NCBI GenBank assembly: GCA_963816145.1
Contig: CAWFJP010000030.1
Location: 320,001 to 384,000, forward strand
Source: an uncultured delta proteobacterium
Lineage (GTDB): Bacteria; Desulfobacterota; Binatia; UBA9968
Direction of reading: 5' to 3'
DNA length: 64,000 bases
Shown here: one piece after another, positions 27,846 to 37,415 of the stretch
Layout: each line of letters opens with the position of its first letter
Position numbering within the stretch: position 1 is the stretch's first letter
Made by a program: the position numbers and the translations under genes
Notes under the pieces: generated by a model
Told to the model about the DNA's origin: nothing
The model's database searches: none
Seen by the model: the letters and a program-made list of their open reading frames with translations, nothing else

Positions 27846-28784
27846 CTACCGATTGCCGGGGCAAACTCTAAAATCGGCCAACGCTGGGAACGCTTTTACC
27901 AGGGACTCGGGTGGCGCGGCGCCATCGTCGAGCCCCAGCGCCAGCTTGAGCATGAAGGCATTGGCCACCGCCTGGCCGCGCGCGTGGTTGTTGAAAAAAA
28001 CGTAGGACTTGGCGGTCGGCGCCTGGCCGCCAAGCTGCTTCAGTTTGGCCGCGAGCCGATGAATGTTTTCCGGCTGGTAGAAGTAATCGTAGCGCTCCCA
28101 GGCGCTGTCGTGGCGCCACCACTTTTCTCGATTGCGTCCGTGCAAGCGCAGATAGTTGAAATTGCCCTGCGCGGCAATCTCCTGATGGACCGAAGAGGGG
28201 AACTTGGGTTCGTCGATGAATGCCCAGGTAGCGTTGAATTTACCGAGTAGCGCTTCAGTTTCATCGCGCCGGTCGCTCCAGCTTTTGTGGCGTAGCTCGA
28301 CGACTTTGGGCGCCATAGTAAAATTCGCCAGCGCCGACTCCAGCCGTTCAACATTGGCTGCTTCAAATGAAAAACTCGCCGGATATTGAAACAGCAACGC
28401 GCCCAATCGCCTCGCTTCCGCCAAGGGCGCGATGCCTTCACTGAAGCGCTCGACATCGGTCTTGTCGAACGCCGTCCACTTGGAGCCCGGCAGCTTGCCG
28501 TCGCGACCGAGTTCCGTCGGATGGGTGAACTTTTGCCAGACTTTTGCCGTGAAGATGAAGTCCGCGGGAGTCTTCGCGAGCCAGCCGCGCGCCATCGCGG
28601 CGCTTGCTGGCCGGTAAAAGGTCGAATTGATCTCGACACAATTGAAATGCGCTGCGTAGAACTCCAATTCATCGACCCTTGTGCGCCCGGCCTTGGGATA
28701 AAACACGCCGCTCCAACCTTTGGGCGGCAGGCCGGGATAGGAATAGCCGCAGGTACCGATAAAATAGTGCGCTTCGTTGGTCAT
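27846..28784 (-). CDS. DUF72 (YecE) family protein
   Basis: GTCGYSY, VEINSTFY, LLFQYP, ELRHKSW, YLRLHGRN, FFNNH. Confidence 0.92.
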   Translation of the reverse strand: MTNEAHYFIGTCGYSYPGLPPKGWSGVFYPKAGRTRVDELEFYAAHFNCVEINSTFYRPASAAMARGWLAKTPADFIFTAKVWQKFTHPTELGRDGKLPGSKWTAFDKTDVERFSEGIAPLAEARRLGALLFQYPASFSFEAANVERLESALANFTMAPKVVELRHKSWSDRRDETEALLGKFNATWAFIDEPKFPSSVHQEIAAQGNFNYLRLHGRNREKWWRHDSAWERYDYFYQPENIHRLAAKLKQLGGQAPTAKSYVFFNNHARGQAVANAFMLKLALGLDDGAAPPESLVKAFPALADFRVCPGNR

Positions 28785-28951
28785 CGAAAAAGCTCGTCAG
28801 CTATTGCCGGCGTTGCAGGCGCGGAAAACGCCTCTGATATTCCGATCTCAGCGGATTTGAAGATTTGCAACGCCAATTTTTTTCATCTAGGATATGCCGA
28901 GTTTCACGCCCATGGCAATTCCGCGCTAGTTATTTTGGAGGTTTCAAGCTC

Positions 28952-29776
28952 ATGGCAACGATGATCGCCAACGATTGTATCAACTGCGGCGCCTGCGAAC
29001 CCGAGTGTCCCAACAACGCGATTTCCCAGGGTGACCCGATTTTCGTCATCGATCCAAAGCTTTGCACGGAATGCGTCGGTTTTCACGACTACGAGGCCTG
29101 CGCGGCGGTTTGTCCGGTCGATGTCTGCATCACCGATCCCAATAACGTCGAGTCCGAAGAGGTTTTGATAGCACGGGCGCGCCAGCTTCATCCCGAGACC
29201 GACTTCGGTGATAGTTTCGAGTCGCGTTTTCGCAAGGGTCAAGGGAAGACGGCTGGAGCCACTGCAGCCCCTGCAGCCGCGGTTCAAGCCGCGGCCACAT
29301 CGGCCGGCCCAAGTGCGGCGCAAGCAGCGGCCGACGCCAGCGCGGTCTCGGCATTCGTCGAGGCCGATGTGAATTATGTCGAGCTGCCGCCCATCGACTC
29401 CTGGAACATTCCGCTGCGTTGCTACAAATGCAACGCCGTCCAGGAACAGAACGTCAAGAACTTCACCATCGGCAACGTAATCTTCTGCCCACATTGCCAC
29501 AAATCGACGGTTGTTCGGGACAATTTAAATTTTCATATCCGCACGCTGCTCAAAGACTCCTACGACAAGTGGGAAAACGAGCAACGGGAGTTCGTCGAAC
29601 GGCGCGAGCGTGAGCTGGCGCAATTCGTCGAGCGGCGCGCTAAAGACGCCGCCGCCTTCGAGGCACACCAGGAGCGCGAGCGCGAGCGCATCCGCGAACA
29701 ACTCGACATTATCGGCGACACCTACGACGCCGCCGGCAAACCTTACAAGAAGGGTTCGCGCTTTAGCTGGGGATGA
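28952..29776 (+). CDS. YfhL-type 2[4Fe-4S] ferredoxin fused to Zn-ribbon and coiled-coil domain
   Basis: CINCGACEPECPN / CTECVGFHD..ACAAVCPVD; Ala-rich linker; CYKC...CPHC; E/R-rich helix; GGAGG SD. Confidence 0.85.
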   Translation: MATMIANDCINCGACEPECPNNAISQGDPIFVIDPKLCTECVGFHDYEACAAVCPVDVCITDPNNVESEEVLIARARQLHPETDFGDSFESRFRKGQGKTAGATAAPAAAVQAAATSAGPSAAQAAADASAVSAFVEADVNYVELPPIDSWNIPLRCYKCNAVQEQNVKNFTIGNVIFCPHCHKSTVVRDNLNFHIRTLLKDSYDKWENEQREFVERRERELAQFVERRAKDAAAFEAHQERERERIREQLDIIGDTYDAAGKPYKKGSRFSWG

Positions 29777-29788
29777 TCCCACCGCCCC

Positions 29789-30262
29789 ATGTTCTACTCC
29801 TGGCTCCATTTGATCGCCCTGGTGGTCTACCTGGGGGCGGTCATCGGCTTTTGGCTCATGCTGCTGCCCGCAGTAGCAGTATTGGAGAATCATGACGAGA
29901 AGGTGCGATTTTTCGTCCGCGGCTTGAAGTTTTACAACCCCCTCCAGGTCGGCTCCCTGGGCATCATCTTGTTTACCGGAGCCTTCCAGCTCACCGAATT
30001 GAAAGCGGCATACCGCGAAAACTTTTTCAAATATCTCGAATACAACCTGTTCATAAAGTTGATCTTCGCCTTCCTGCTGGTCATGTTCAGCGTCTACCAG
30101 GCGCTTGGTATCGGCCATCGTTTCGTCCGGCGAACCGAAGGCGGCGACGAGGTCAGTCCCGAGCAGCTAAGCTCAATCATCAACCGCATGACCAGCGCCA
30201 ACTGGGGTATCCTGTTATTCGCCGCCATCACACTCTGGCTTGGGCTTCGGCTTCACCCGTAA
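29789..30262 (+). CDS. Four-TM membrane protein (CopD/DUF4149-like)
   Basis: WLHLIALVVYLG N-terminus, four hydrophobic segments, IKLIF motif. Confidence 0.6.
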   Translation: MFYSWLHLIALVVYLGAVIGFWLMLLPAVAVLENHDEKVRFFVRGLKFYNPLQVGSLGIILFTGAFQLTELKAAYRENFFKYLEYNLFIKLIFAFLLVMFSVYQALGIGHRFVRRTEGGDEVSPEQLSSIINRMTSANWGILLFAAITLWLGLRLHP

Positions 30263-30338
30263 GCCGCCGCTGGCAAAACAGTTCTGACTAATGCTATGAC
30301 CCGCTTAGCAGCGCTTTACATTTCGAGAGGAAATTCCC

Positions 30339-31274
30339 ATGTCAAACAAAAGACTCCGGATCATTTATCGCTCCAATTCTCACGCGCCACTTTGGCTGGT
30401 TGCCGATAAATCGGGCTGCTGGCAAAAGAATGGTCTTGAAGTCGACACCTCGCCGCAACTCGTCCGCGAAAAAGCCGTCGAGTCGCTCAAGAACGGCAGT
30501 GTCGACCTGATCTCCGGCAATCATCATAATCTGTATGTCCGTAACGCCAAAAACGGCGAAGACTTCGTCCACCTGGCCCAGCCGACCAATAATTGGACTG
30601 AGAATAAACTGATCGTCCGGCCGGCAATTCGCTCGGTCCAGGATCTTAAAGGTAAAAAGATTGTCGCTGACAAGCTTACCTCCCACGCTGGCCTCAACAT
30701 TTGGCTGTTTTTGAAACAAGAAGGATTGGATGTCGACCGCGGCGACATCGAACTTATCGAGTTGCGCGGTTCGTCCGAAGATCGCTGGAAGAAGGTGTTG
30801 AGCGGCGAATACGACGCCACCTTCGTCACCATCCCGCATGACAGCCGCGCCGCCAAAGCGGGCGCTCACGTCATCACCGTGCGGGCAATTCCGATGATCC
30901 GCGGCGTTACGCTGACGACCACCACCGGCTTTGTGAGAAGTCATCCCGGCGAGATTCGCCTGCTGACCAAAGGTCTGGTCGATGCCATCCACTTTTTTCT
31001 CACCCGCAAACAGGAGACGCTGGAGATTCTCAAGGAGCACGCAACCCCAATCTTGAAGCTTCAAACCGACCAGGAAGTCGAAACCCTGTACGACGAATGG
31101 GCACAGTCTTTGGAGAAAAAGCCCTATCCGTCCCTTGAAGGGATTGCCAACGTTTTCCAGCTCGCCGTGCGGCGCGACCCCGAAATCGCCGGCTTCAATC
31201 CACTGGCGCTGTGGAACACCCACTTCGTGCGTGAGTTGGACGACAGTGGTTACATCGATAAACTCTATCACTAA
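30339..31274 (+). CDS. NMT1/THI5-like substrate-binding-fold protein without signal peptide
   Basis: PLWLVADKSGCWQKNGLEV, DLKGKKI, KKPYPS, ELDDSGYIDKLY; no hydrophobic N-terminus. Confidence 0.85.
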   Translation: MSNKRLRIIYRSNSHAPLWLVADKSGCWQKNGLEVDTSPQLVREKAVESLKNGSVDLISGNHHNLYVRNAKNGEDFVHLAQPTNNWTENKLIVRPAIRSVQDLKGKKIVADKLTSHAGLNIWLFLKQEGLDVDRGDIELIELRGSSEDRWKKVLSGEYDATFVTIPHDSRAAKAGAHVITVRAIPMIRGVTLTTTTGFVRSHPGEIRLLTKGLVDAIHFFLTRKQETLEILKEHATPILKLQTDQEVETLYDEWAQSLEKKPYPSLEGIANVFQLAVRRDPEIAGFNPLALWNTHFVRELDDSGYIDKLYH

Positions 31275-31315
31275 ACCCGGACGCTGCCGCGTCCAGGGAT
31301 AAAATGCCGGCCCAT

Positions 31316-31349
31316 AAAAAAAGGCGGAGTCGAAGACTCCGCCTTTTTT
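31316..31349. terminator. Bidirectional intrinsic terminator
   Basis: aaaaaaaggcggagtc-gaa-gactccgcctttttt between convergent genes. Confidence 0.85.
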
Positions 31350-31378
31350 CGCTGCCCCCCGTGTTTCTTACAAAGAAA

Positions 31379-32149
31379 CTAGCGCTGGGTGATCTTCTCC
31401 CCGGCTGGCTCGGTCGTCGTCTGCGACGAGCGCGGCGCGGCTGGCTGCTGCGGCGCCGGAGCGGCCGCCTGCGAAGTGATGCCTTCGCGATAGACCAAGA
31501 TTTCCACGCGGCGGTTCTTAGCTCGGCCCTGGGCGTTGTTGTTTTCCGCTACCGGAGCGCTCTGGCCGTAGGACACCGGAATGACCTTCATCGGGTCCAT
31601 GCTCTTTTTCGTGATCAGATAACGGCTCACCGCATCGGCGCGCTTCTTGCCGAGTTCATAATTGTACTCTTCACTGCCGACGCTATCAGTATGGCCGGCG
31701 ACCAAAAAAATCGTTCCCTCCGCACCGGAAACATCGCCCTTGAGGTCGCTCAGGAAACCGTCGATCTCGCGCTGCGCCTGCTGTGGCAAGCTAGCCGAAT
31801 TAAACGCGAAGTTGGCGCCATCCTTCATGTCGATGACAATCTTGCGCTCCAGGCGAAGATTGGCGATGGCATTTAGAGCACGGTCAGCCTTGGCATCAAC
31901 CTGTCCGAGGCGGCCTTCAAATTGGCCAAGCTTACCTTCGACACCGGTCATACGGTTACCCAGACTACCGATCTGGCTGTCATGCCCATCCAAACGCCCT
32001 TCCGTTTGCGAGATGCGCCCGGACAACGGATCGTTGACGTTCTCGCGAACCCAATCCCGGGTTGCCAAACAGCCCTGGCCCATGAGCAACGTCGCCGTTA
32101 CCCCTGCGCCGATAAAATATTTAACGCCATTGCGGCTAAAACCATTCAT
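31379..32149 (-). CDS. OmpA-family lipoprotein with N-terminal heptad coiled coil
   Basis: Lipobox-like GQGC; GHTDSVG..YNYELGKKRA.AV; GRAKNRRVEI. Confidence 0.92.
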   Translation of the reverse strand: MNGFSRNGVKYFIGAGVTATLLMGQGCLATRDWVRENVNDPLSGRISQTEGRLDGHDSQIGSLGNRMTGVEGKLGQFEGRLGQVDAKADRALNAIANLRLERKIVIDMKDGANFAFNSASLPQQAQREIDGFLSDLKGDVSGAEGTIFLVAGHTDSVGSEEYNYELGKKRADAVSRYLITKKSMDPMKVIPVSYGQSAPVAENNNAQGRAKNRRVEILVYREGITSQAAAPAPQQPAAPRSSQTTTEPAGEKITQR

Positions 32150-32251
32150 ACCTATTCCTCCTGTTAGTCGGTTGTTGATCAGTTTTTCTTTATCTTTCGT
32201 GCTTTTGGATTCATCGCATGAACCTTAGCTATCACTTGTTACAAGCATATA

Positions 32252-32267
32252 ATCAAATTCTATACCA
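32252..32267 (-). promoter_or_regulatory. Candidate sigma54 promoter for the OmpA-family gene
   Basis: Minus strand TGGTAT-AGAAT-TTGAT: GG-N10-GA, a variant of GG-N10-GC; next to a sigma54 activator gene. Confidence 0.4.
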
Positions 32268-32437
32268 TCCCCAAAAACAGCCAAAACTACCAAATTCACC
32301 GATTTTTATCGCTTTTTACTTAGTTATCATGGGGCAGCGAAGGGTTTTCCTACACCGCTGAAGGTTCCTGGAAATCACTCATCGCTTCTTATTCCGTTAA
32401 TTCTATCTCGGCAGTACACCCTGAATCAGCTCAAATC

Positions 32438-32574
32438 TTATATTTCGATCTGATGCATCAGAGCATCCCGAGAAAATGGCTTCGCAATGATCTTCGCCGA
32501 AAATTCTCATCGTTCCCGGTCCAGCGCCGCCAGCTCTTCATCATCATCGACAACTAACGCGGTATGCTCGCCAT
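32438..32574 (-). pseudogene. Remnant of a response-regulator receiver domain
   Basis: Minus strand reads HTALVVDDDEELAALDRER*EFSAKIIAKPFSRDALMHQIEI*: receiver N-terminal (VVDDD) and C-terminal (KPF) motifs with the middle missing. Confidence 0.5.
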
Positions 32575-32835
32575 GAAAACCCCCATCCTGGCTGACGAAG
32601 CGATGGAGCAATCTCTATTCCATCGATTTCATCATCGTTAACCAGTGGGAAAGTTTAGTCATTGTTCTCGGACACAAGAGTCCAAGAAAGCGGCCGAGGA
32701 GGATTGTCCCGGCGTTTCGTGATCAAAATAGCCGGCAGTCGAATACTTGAGGAAAGTGAGACCCGCAGTAAACCGCGATGGCACGTAAGGGGTGGCGGAT
32801 GGAGATTCAGTGACCAAGCCCGCAGATCAAGAGAT

Positions 32836-34260
32836 TTAATGCTGGTACGAAGGCTTGACGCGTTTGAACTCATCGACCTTGAGATCATGCTTCTTCAGCA
32901 GGTCGTAAAAATCGGCGCGATATTTCCCTGCGAGCTTAGCGGCTTGACTAACGTTACCTTCGGTCATCGAGAGAACTTGAACTAAATAGTCGCGCTCAAA
33001 GGCGTCGCGCGCATCTTTGAGCGATTTAAGCGCGTCGGCAGTCATGGCTTGCCGCTCCAGCGGAAAGCCGCCAGCCCGTTCCGCCGGCGATTGTTTCCCC
33101 TGAATGACGTAGTCCTCGGTCACCATATCCTTCTGGGTCATTGCCACCGCATACTCGATGGTGTTCTCCAACTCGCGCACGTTGCCGGGCCAATCGTGCA
33201 ACATGAGCCGGCGCACCGCTTCCGGCGTCAGGCCTTTCACCTCTCGCTTCATCTGCTGACTGTATTTTTTTAGAAAGTGCTCGGCGAGGGGCAGAATGTC
33301 CTCTTTACGCTCGCGCAGCGGCGGCAAATAGATCGGTATGACGTGAATGCGGTAGTAGAGATCATCGCGGAACAGACCCTTTTTCACCTGCTCGGCTAAG
33401 TCTTTATTGGTCGCGACGATAACCCGCACGTCTACCTCGACGGGAGATTCACTACCGACCGGATAGAATTGCCGCTCTTGCAGCGCGCGCAGCAATTTGG
33501 ATTGCGTCGCCAACGGCATGTCGCCGATCTCGTCCAAAAAAAGCGTTCCGCCATGGGCTTGGGTAAACAATCCCTTGGTGCTGCGAACTGCGCCGGTAAA
33601 AGCGCCTTTTTCATGGCCGAACAGTTCGCTTTCGAGCAGCGTCTCGGGCAGCGCGGCGCAGTTGAGCGCGACAAATGTCGTGTCCTTGCGGTCGCTGGCG
33701 AGATGAATCGCCTTCGCGACCAACTCCTTACCCGTGCCGCTCTCGCCGTGAATGTAAACTGTCGAGTCGAGCTTGGCGATGCGTGTGACCACGTCCAGAA
33801 TCGCCCGCATCTTACCGCTGCGTGCAATGATATTGGTGAAATCGAAGCGCTCATGCAACAATTCCTTAAGCCGCTTGATCTCTGAGTTGAGATTGCGATT
33901 CTCCAGCGCACGCTCGATCTGCAGTAGCAAGTCGGTCGGCTCAAAGGGTTTGGTCAGATAACTGTAGGCGCCACGGCGCATCGCTTCGACGGCGTTTTCA
34001 ATCGTGCCGTGAGCGGTCAGGATAATCGTCGGAATATCCGGATGGATCAAACGGAACTGCTCCATCAGAGTCAATCCATCACTTTGCGCCAACATCAAAT
34101 CAACGACGCACAAGTCGAAAGCCTTGTCCTTGAAAGCATTCAGCGCTTTGTCTTCCTCGCCGAGAGCGGTAACCTCGTAATTCGCCGCCTCCAGGCGCAT
34201 TTTGATCAGCTCCAACAGGTTGGGGTTGTCGTCTACGACTAAAATATTGCCCTTTGCCAC
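32836..34260 (-). CDS. Sigma54-dependent response regulator (GlrR/QseF/NtrC family)
   Basis: Receiver, [31 protein letters not shown], Fis-type HTH (GNVSQAAKLAGKYRADFY). Confidence 0.93.
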   Translation of the reverse strand: MAKGNILVVDDNPNLLELIKMRLEAANYEVTALGEEDKALNAFKDKAFDLCVVDLMLAQSDGLTLMEQFRLIHPDIPTIILTAHGTIENAVEAMRRGAYSYLTKPFEPTDLLLQIERALENRNLNSEIKRLKELLHERFDFTNIIARSGKMRAILDVVTRIAKLDSTVYIHGESGTGKELVAKAIHLASDRKDTTFVALNCAALPETLLESELFGHEKGAFTGAVRSTKGLFTQAHGGTLFLDEIGDMPLATQSKLLRALQERQFYPVGSESPVEVDVRVIVATNKDLAEQVKKGLFRDDLYYRIHVIPIYLPPLRERKEDILPLAEHFLKKYSQQMKREVKGLTPEAVRRLMLHDWPGNVRELENTIEYAVAMTQKDMVTEDYVIQGKQSPAERAGGFPLERQAMTADALKSLKDARDAFERDYLVQVLSMTEGNVSQAAKLAGKYRADFYDLLKKHDLKVDEFKRVKPSYQH

Positions 34261-34267
34261 GAGACCC

Positions 34268-34876
34268 TCATCTCCCCCGTTCGCGCCGCTTTTTTTCGAT
34301 TTGAATGTCCACCTGCTTGGATTTCTCGATCAACTGCTTGGCCTTCTCAAAATCCTGGCGGGATTTTTCAAGTTCCAGCCGGGACTTTTCGGCTTCCTGT
34401 TTGGAGCGTTCGGCGGCGCGCCGGGATATTTCAATTTCTTGCTTAGACTTCTCAGCCTCGATTTTGGTTCGCTCTATTTCTTGTATTGTCGCATCTATTT
34501 CGTCTAGAATACCAGACCAGACCTTAGCCGGTTCGGCAAAGCGGCTCTCTGGATACTGCGTCAGCACCCGTTGAAATGAACCAAGCGCCTTCTGCCGATC
34601 CTTGCGTGGATTCTGCGGGTGTGCGTACACGACCCCAATATAGAAATTCGCCGCATCCGCCGGCGGTTGATCCTTGGCGATCGCGATAACATTTTGAAAG
34701 GCGTTGAGCGAGCCCTCATAGTCACCGCGAGCGAGCAACTGCTGACCTTGGGTCAAGGCTTCGCGCAATTCCCGGCGCCGAATCGATTCCTGAAATAGCC
34801 CGCAGCCCGAAATGATTATCAGCAGGGCAAGACAAAAACAAATTTGCTGCCACTGCCCAATTGGCTTTCCGCCCAT
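34268..34876 (-). CDS. TPR-containing lipoprotein with coiled coil (QseG/YfhG-like)
   Basis: Lipobox ISGC, TPR-like helices, K/E-rich tail ending 'KQVDIQIEKKRR'; located between kinase and regulator. Confidence 0.7.
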   Translation of the reverse strand: MGGKPIGQWQQICFCLALLIIISGCGLFQESIRRRELREALTQGQQLLARGDYEGSLNAFQNVIAIAKDQPPADAANFYIGVVYAHPQNPRKDRQKALGSFQRVLTQYPESRFAEPAKVWSGILDEIDATIQEIERTKIEAEKSKQEIEISRRAAERSKQEAEKSRLELEKSRQDFEKAKQLIEKSKQVDIQIEKKRRERGR

Positions 34877-36261
34877 AAATTTCCACCATGCGATGTAATA
34901 ATGTTTTTAGCTATCGCCAAACCGAGGCCTGTGCCCTGACGGTGATTGGCGCCCGCGTGACTGCCCTGGCTGAATTTTTCGAAGATCGACCCAAGACTCT
35001 CCGCTGGGATGCCCGGGCCGGAGTCTTTCACAGAAACTTCCAGGATGCCATCGTGGGTCTTGGCCGCAACCGACACTTGCCCTCCCTTGGGGGTGAACTT
35101 GACGGCATTACCCATCAGGTTGCGCAACACTTGTAAAATTCTCTCAGGATCGAGCCGCAACGCCGGCATCGGTTCATCCAGCGCACTTTCAAATTGAATC
35201 TGCTTGGCCTCCACCAATGGCGTAATCTCGGCGACCGCACGTTTGATCAAGGGCTCGATATGCGTGGTCTCGAAATCGTAACGCATCATGCCGGCTTCCA
35301 TTTTCGAAAGATCGAGGAACGTATTGACCAGGCTGATCAAGCGGTTGCTTTCCTCGGTGATAATGCCGAGCAGCTTTTGTTGCTTCTCCGTGGTCGCACC
35401 GCCGACGCCGTCGAGCAAGAGACCGGTGCCCTCCTTGATCGAGGTCAAAGGGGTGCGCAGTTCATGGGACATGGCCGCGAAAAAATCCGCCTTCAAGCGA
35501 TCGAGCTCCTTGAGCCGCTGGCTCATCGAATTAAGCGCCACCGCCAACTCGGCAATCTCACGGGGCGACTTGATCTGAACCGGATGATCGAAATTGCCAC
35601 GAGCAATTTCTTGAGTCTTGGCTTTGAGCGCGGCTAACGGCCGAGTAATGCTCTTGGTGATCAGCATCGACATCAGAACAAGCGCCAGCAGACTGCCCGC
35701 GGCGATCGACAACGCGGCTTCTCGCGCCTGCGCCGCGGTGGCGGCCAACTCCTTAACTTTAGAGTAGGTCGTCTGTTGTTGATTGGCGCGCAAGCGCTCA
35801 AGCTCATCCAACATAGCATCGACTAGATTGTCCTTGTCCTGCTTGAACTGCGCTTGTGGATAATTCTTCTTGGTGCGCACCCAGCGCGCCTCGAACTCGA
35901 CCAATTCGACGTAACGGCGGTAGTTTTCACGCACCCGCCGCACGATCGCCTGGGCGAGAACATCGGCCACCGCCGCCGCGTTCTCGACACGCGCTTCGAA
36001 ATCGATCTTCAAGCGAACAAATTGTAGATACCACGCTTCGTCGCGGCTCAGGACAAACTTCTGCTCGGCGCGGCTTTGCGACAACAACAGATCGGTGAGA
36101 AATTTTTCGTGGTCGAGCACCCGATTGTCGATACGTAGGATCGACTCCGCCTGGTTGCCGAAATCGGTCAGCTCGAGGATCGCATACGAACTTGCCGCCG
36201 CGACGATCGCAAAGATCGCCAGATAGCCCAGCGTCAGACGGGAAAACAGACTCAGATGCAT
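34819..36261 (-). CDS. HAMP sensor histidine kinase (GlrK/QseE-like)
   Basis: Two TM, HAMP, SHELRTPLTSIKEG H-box, NAVKFT, DSGPGI, GTGLGL. Confidence 0.93.
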   Translation of the reverse strand: MHLSLFSRLTLGYLAIFAIVAAASSYAILELTDFGNQAESILRIDNRVLDHEKFLTDLLLSQSRAEQKFVLSRDEAWYLQFVRLKIDFEARVENAAAVADVLAQAIVRRVRENYRRYVELVEFEARWVRTKKNYPQAQFKQDKDNLVDAMLDELERLRANQQQTTYSKVKELAATAAQAREAALSIAAGSLLALVLMSMLITKSITRPLAALKAKTQEIARGNFDHPVQIKSPREIAELAVALNSMSQRLKELDRLKADFFAAMSHELRTPLTSIKEGTGLLLDGVGGATTEKQQKLLGIITEESNRLISLVNTFLDLSKMEAGMMRYDFETTHIEPLIKRAVAEITPLVEAKQIQFESALDEPMPALRLDPERILQVLRNLMGNAVKFTPKGGQVSVAAKTHDGILEVSVKDSGPGIPAESLGSIFEKFSQGSHAGANHRQGTGLGLAIAKNIITSHGGNLWAESQLGSGSKFVFVLPC

Positions 36262-36270
36262 GGCGACTCA

Positions 36271-37398
36271 CTAGGTGGTTTTAGCACTGTTGGGATTCGG
36301 CTCAAAAGGCTCGCTCCGCGCCGATTCCGCGGCTAGGAATTTTTGGCCGAATTGTTCAAGCCGTTTGTCGGCGCTCTGATAACTCGACTGGGCATGGGCT
36401 AAGTGTTTGCCGAGAACGACAAAATCGTCGCGAAACTTGGCGAAATCGCCCTGCAACCGGCCCAGGTACTGAATGATTTCCTTGGTCCGGTCTTCGATCC
36501 GCAAACCTTTAAGACCCAAAATGATCGCCTGCAAATACGCGTAGAAACTATTGGGCGAAACCGGAATCACCCGCCTGCTCATGGCATACTGACACAGGTT
36601 GCGTTCGTCGTCGGCTTCATCCTTGATGACCGTTTCATAATAAACGTTTTCCGCCGGGATATACATGAGGGCAAAATCATAAGTCCCTTCGTCTGGCAGG
36701 ATATACTTGGAGGCGATCGCGTCAATATGCTTGCGCACATCGACGGCGAATTGTTTCTTCGCCCGGTTGCGCTCCTCGTCGCTCGCCGCCTCCACTAGCC
36801 GTTTGAAATTTTCCAAGGGAAATTTCGCGTCCACCGGCACCAGGGAAGCGCCGAGCTTGATCACCGCGTCGACTTTTTCGCCGCTGCGAAAGCCATATTG
36901 GATCGAAAAATGTTGCGGCGGCAAGATCTGCCCCAACAAGTCCTCGAGAAAAAATTCGCCGAGTCCACCGCGCAGCTTGGGCGCCCGCAGGATGTCCTGC
37001 AATGACGCGATGTCTTTGCCGACTTCGTAAATTCGCCGATTGGTTTCTTCGAGGCCGCCAAGGCTTTTCTGCACGCCGCCGACCACACGCGCCGCGTTGT
37101 CGAGCCGTTCGCCCAAATTCTGTTGGGTGTCGTTGAGCACCTGAGCATTTTCTTTTAGACGCTCGTTGACCTGAGCGATCATTTGACCCAACTGCTGCTG
37201 CAAGGCCCGGGTGTTGTTATCCAGCGTCGCGCTCAGCTGCGAGCGCAGTTGATCGATCTGCTGCTGCATCAAGAGCATCGACTGATCTTCCGATTTCTCT
37301 TGAACCAGCGTGCGCAAGCGGCCAAGAAAAAACCAGCTAAGCAGAACCAAACCGACAAAGGAAATAAAAACGGCAACTAAGAGGGGGATAAGATCCAC
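36271..37398 (-). CDS. rmuC: DNA recombination protein RmuC
   Basis: RGGLGEFFLE, DAKFP, SKYILP..GTYDFALMYIPAE. Confidence 0.92.
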   Translation of the reverse strand: MDLIPLLVAVFISFVGLVLLSWFFLGRLRTLVQEKSEDQSMLLMQQQIDQLRSQLSATLDNNTRALQQQLGQMIAQVNERLKENAQVLNDTQQNLGERLDNAARVVGGVQKSLGGLEETNRRIYEVGKDIASLQDILRAPKLRGGLGEFFLEDLLGQILPPQHFSIQYGFRSGEKVDAVIKLGASLVPVDAKFPLENFKRLVEAASDEERNRAKKQFAVDVRKHIDAIASKYILPDEGTYDFALMYIPAENVYYETVIKDEADDERNLCQYAMSRRVIPVSPNSFYAYLQAIILGLKGLRIEDRTKEIIQYLGRLQGDFAKFRDDFVVLGKHLAHAQSSYQSADKRLEQFGQKFLAAESARSEPFEPNPNSAKTT

Positions 37399-37415
37399 GA
37401 CTGACCGTGGCCGGG

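Noticed and set aside
30342-31271. 309-aa antisense ORF exactly opposite the SBP-fold gene
   Set aside because: Codon-mirrored shadow ORF typical of GC-rich genes; no recognisable motifs
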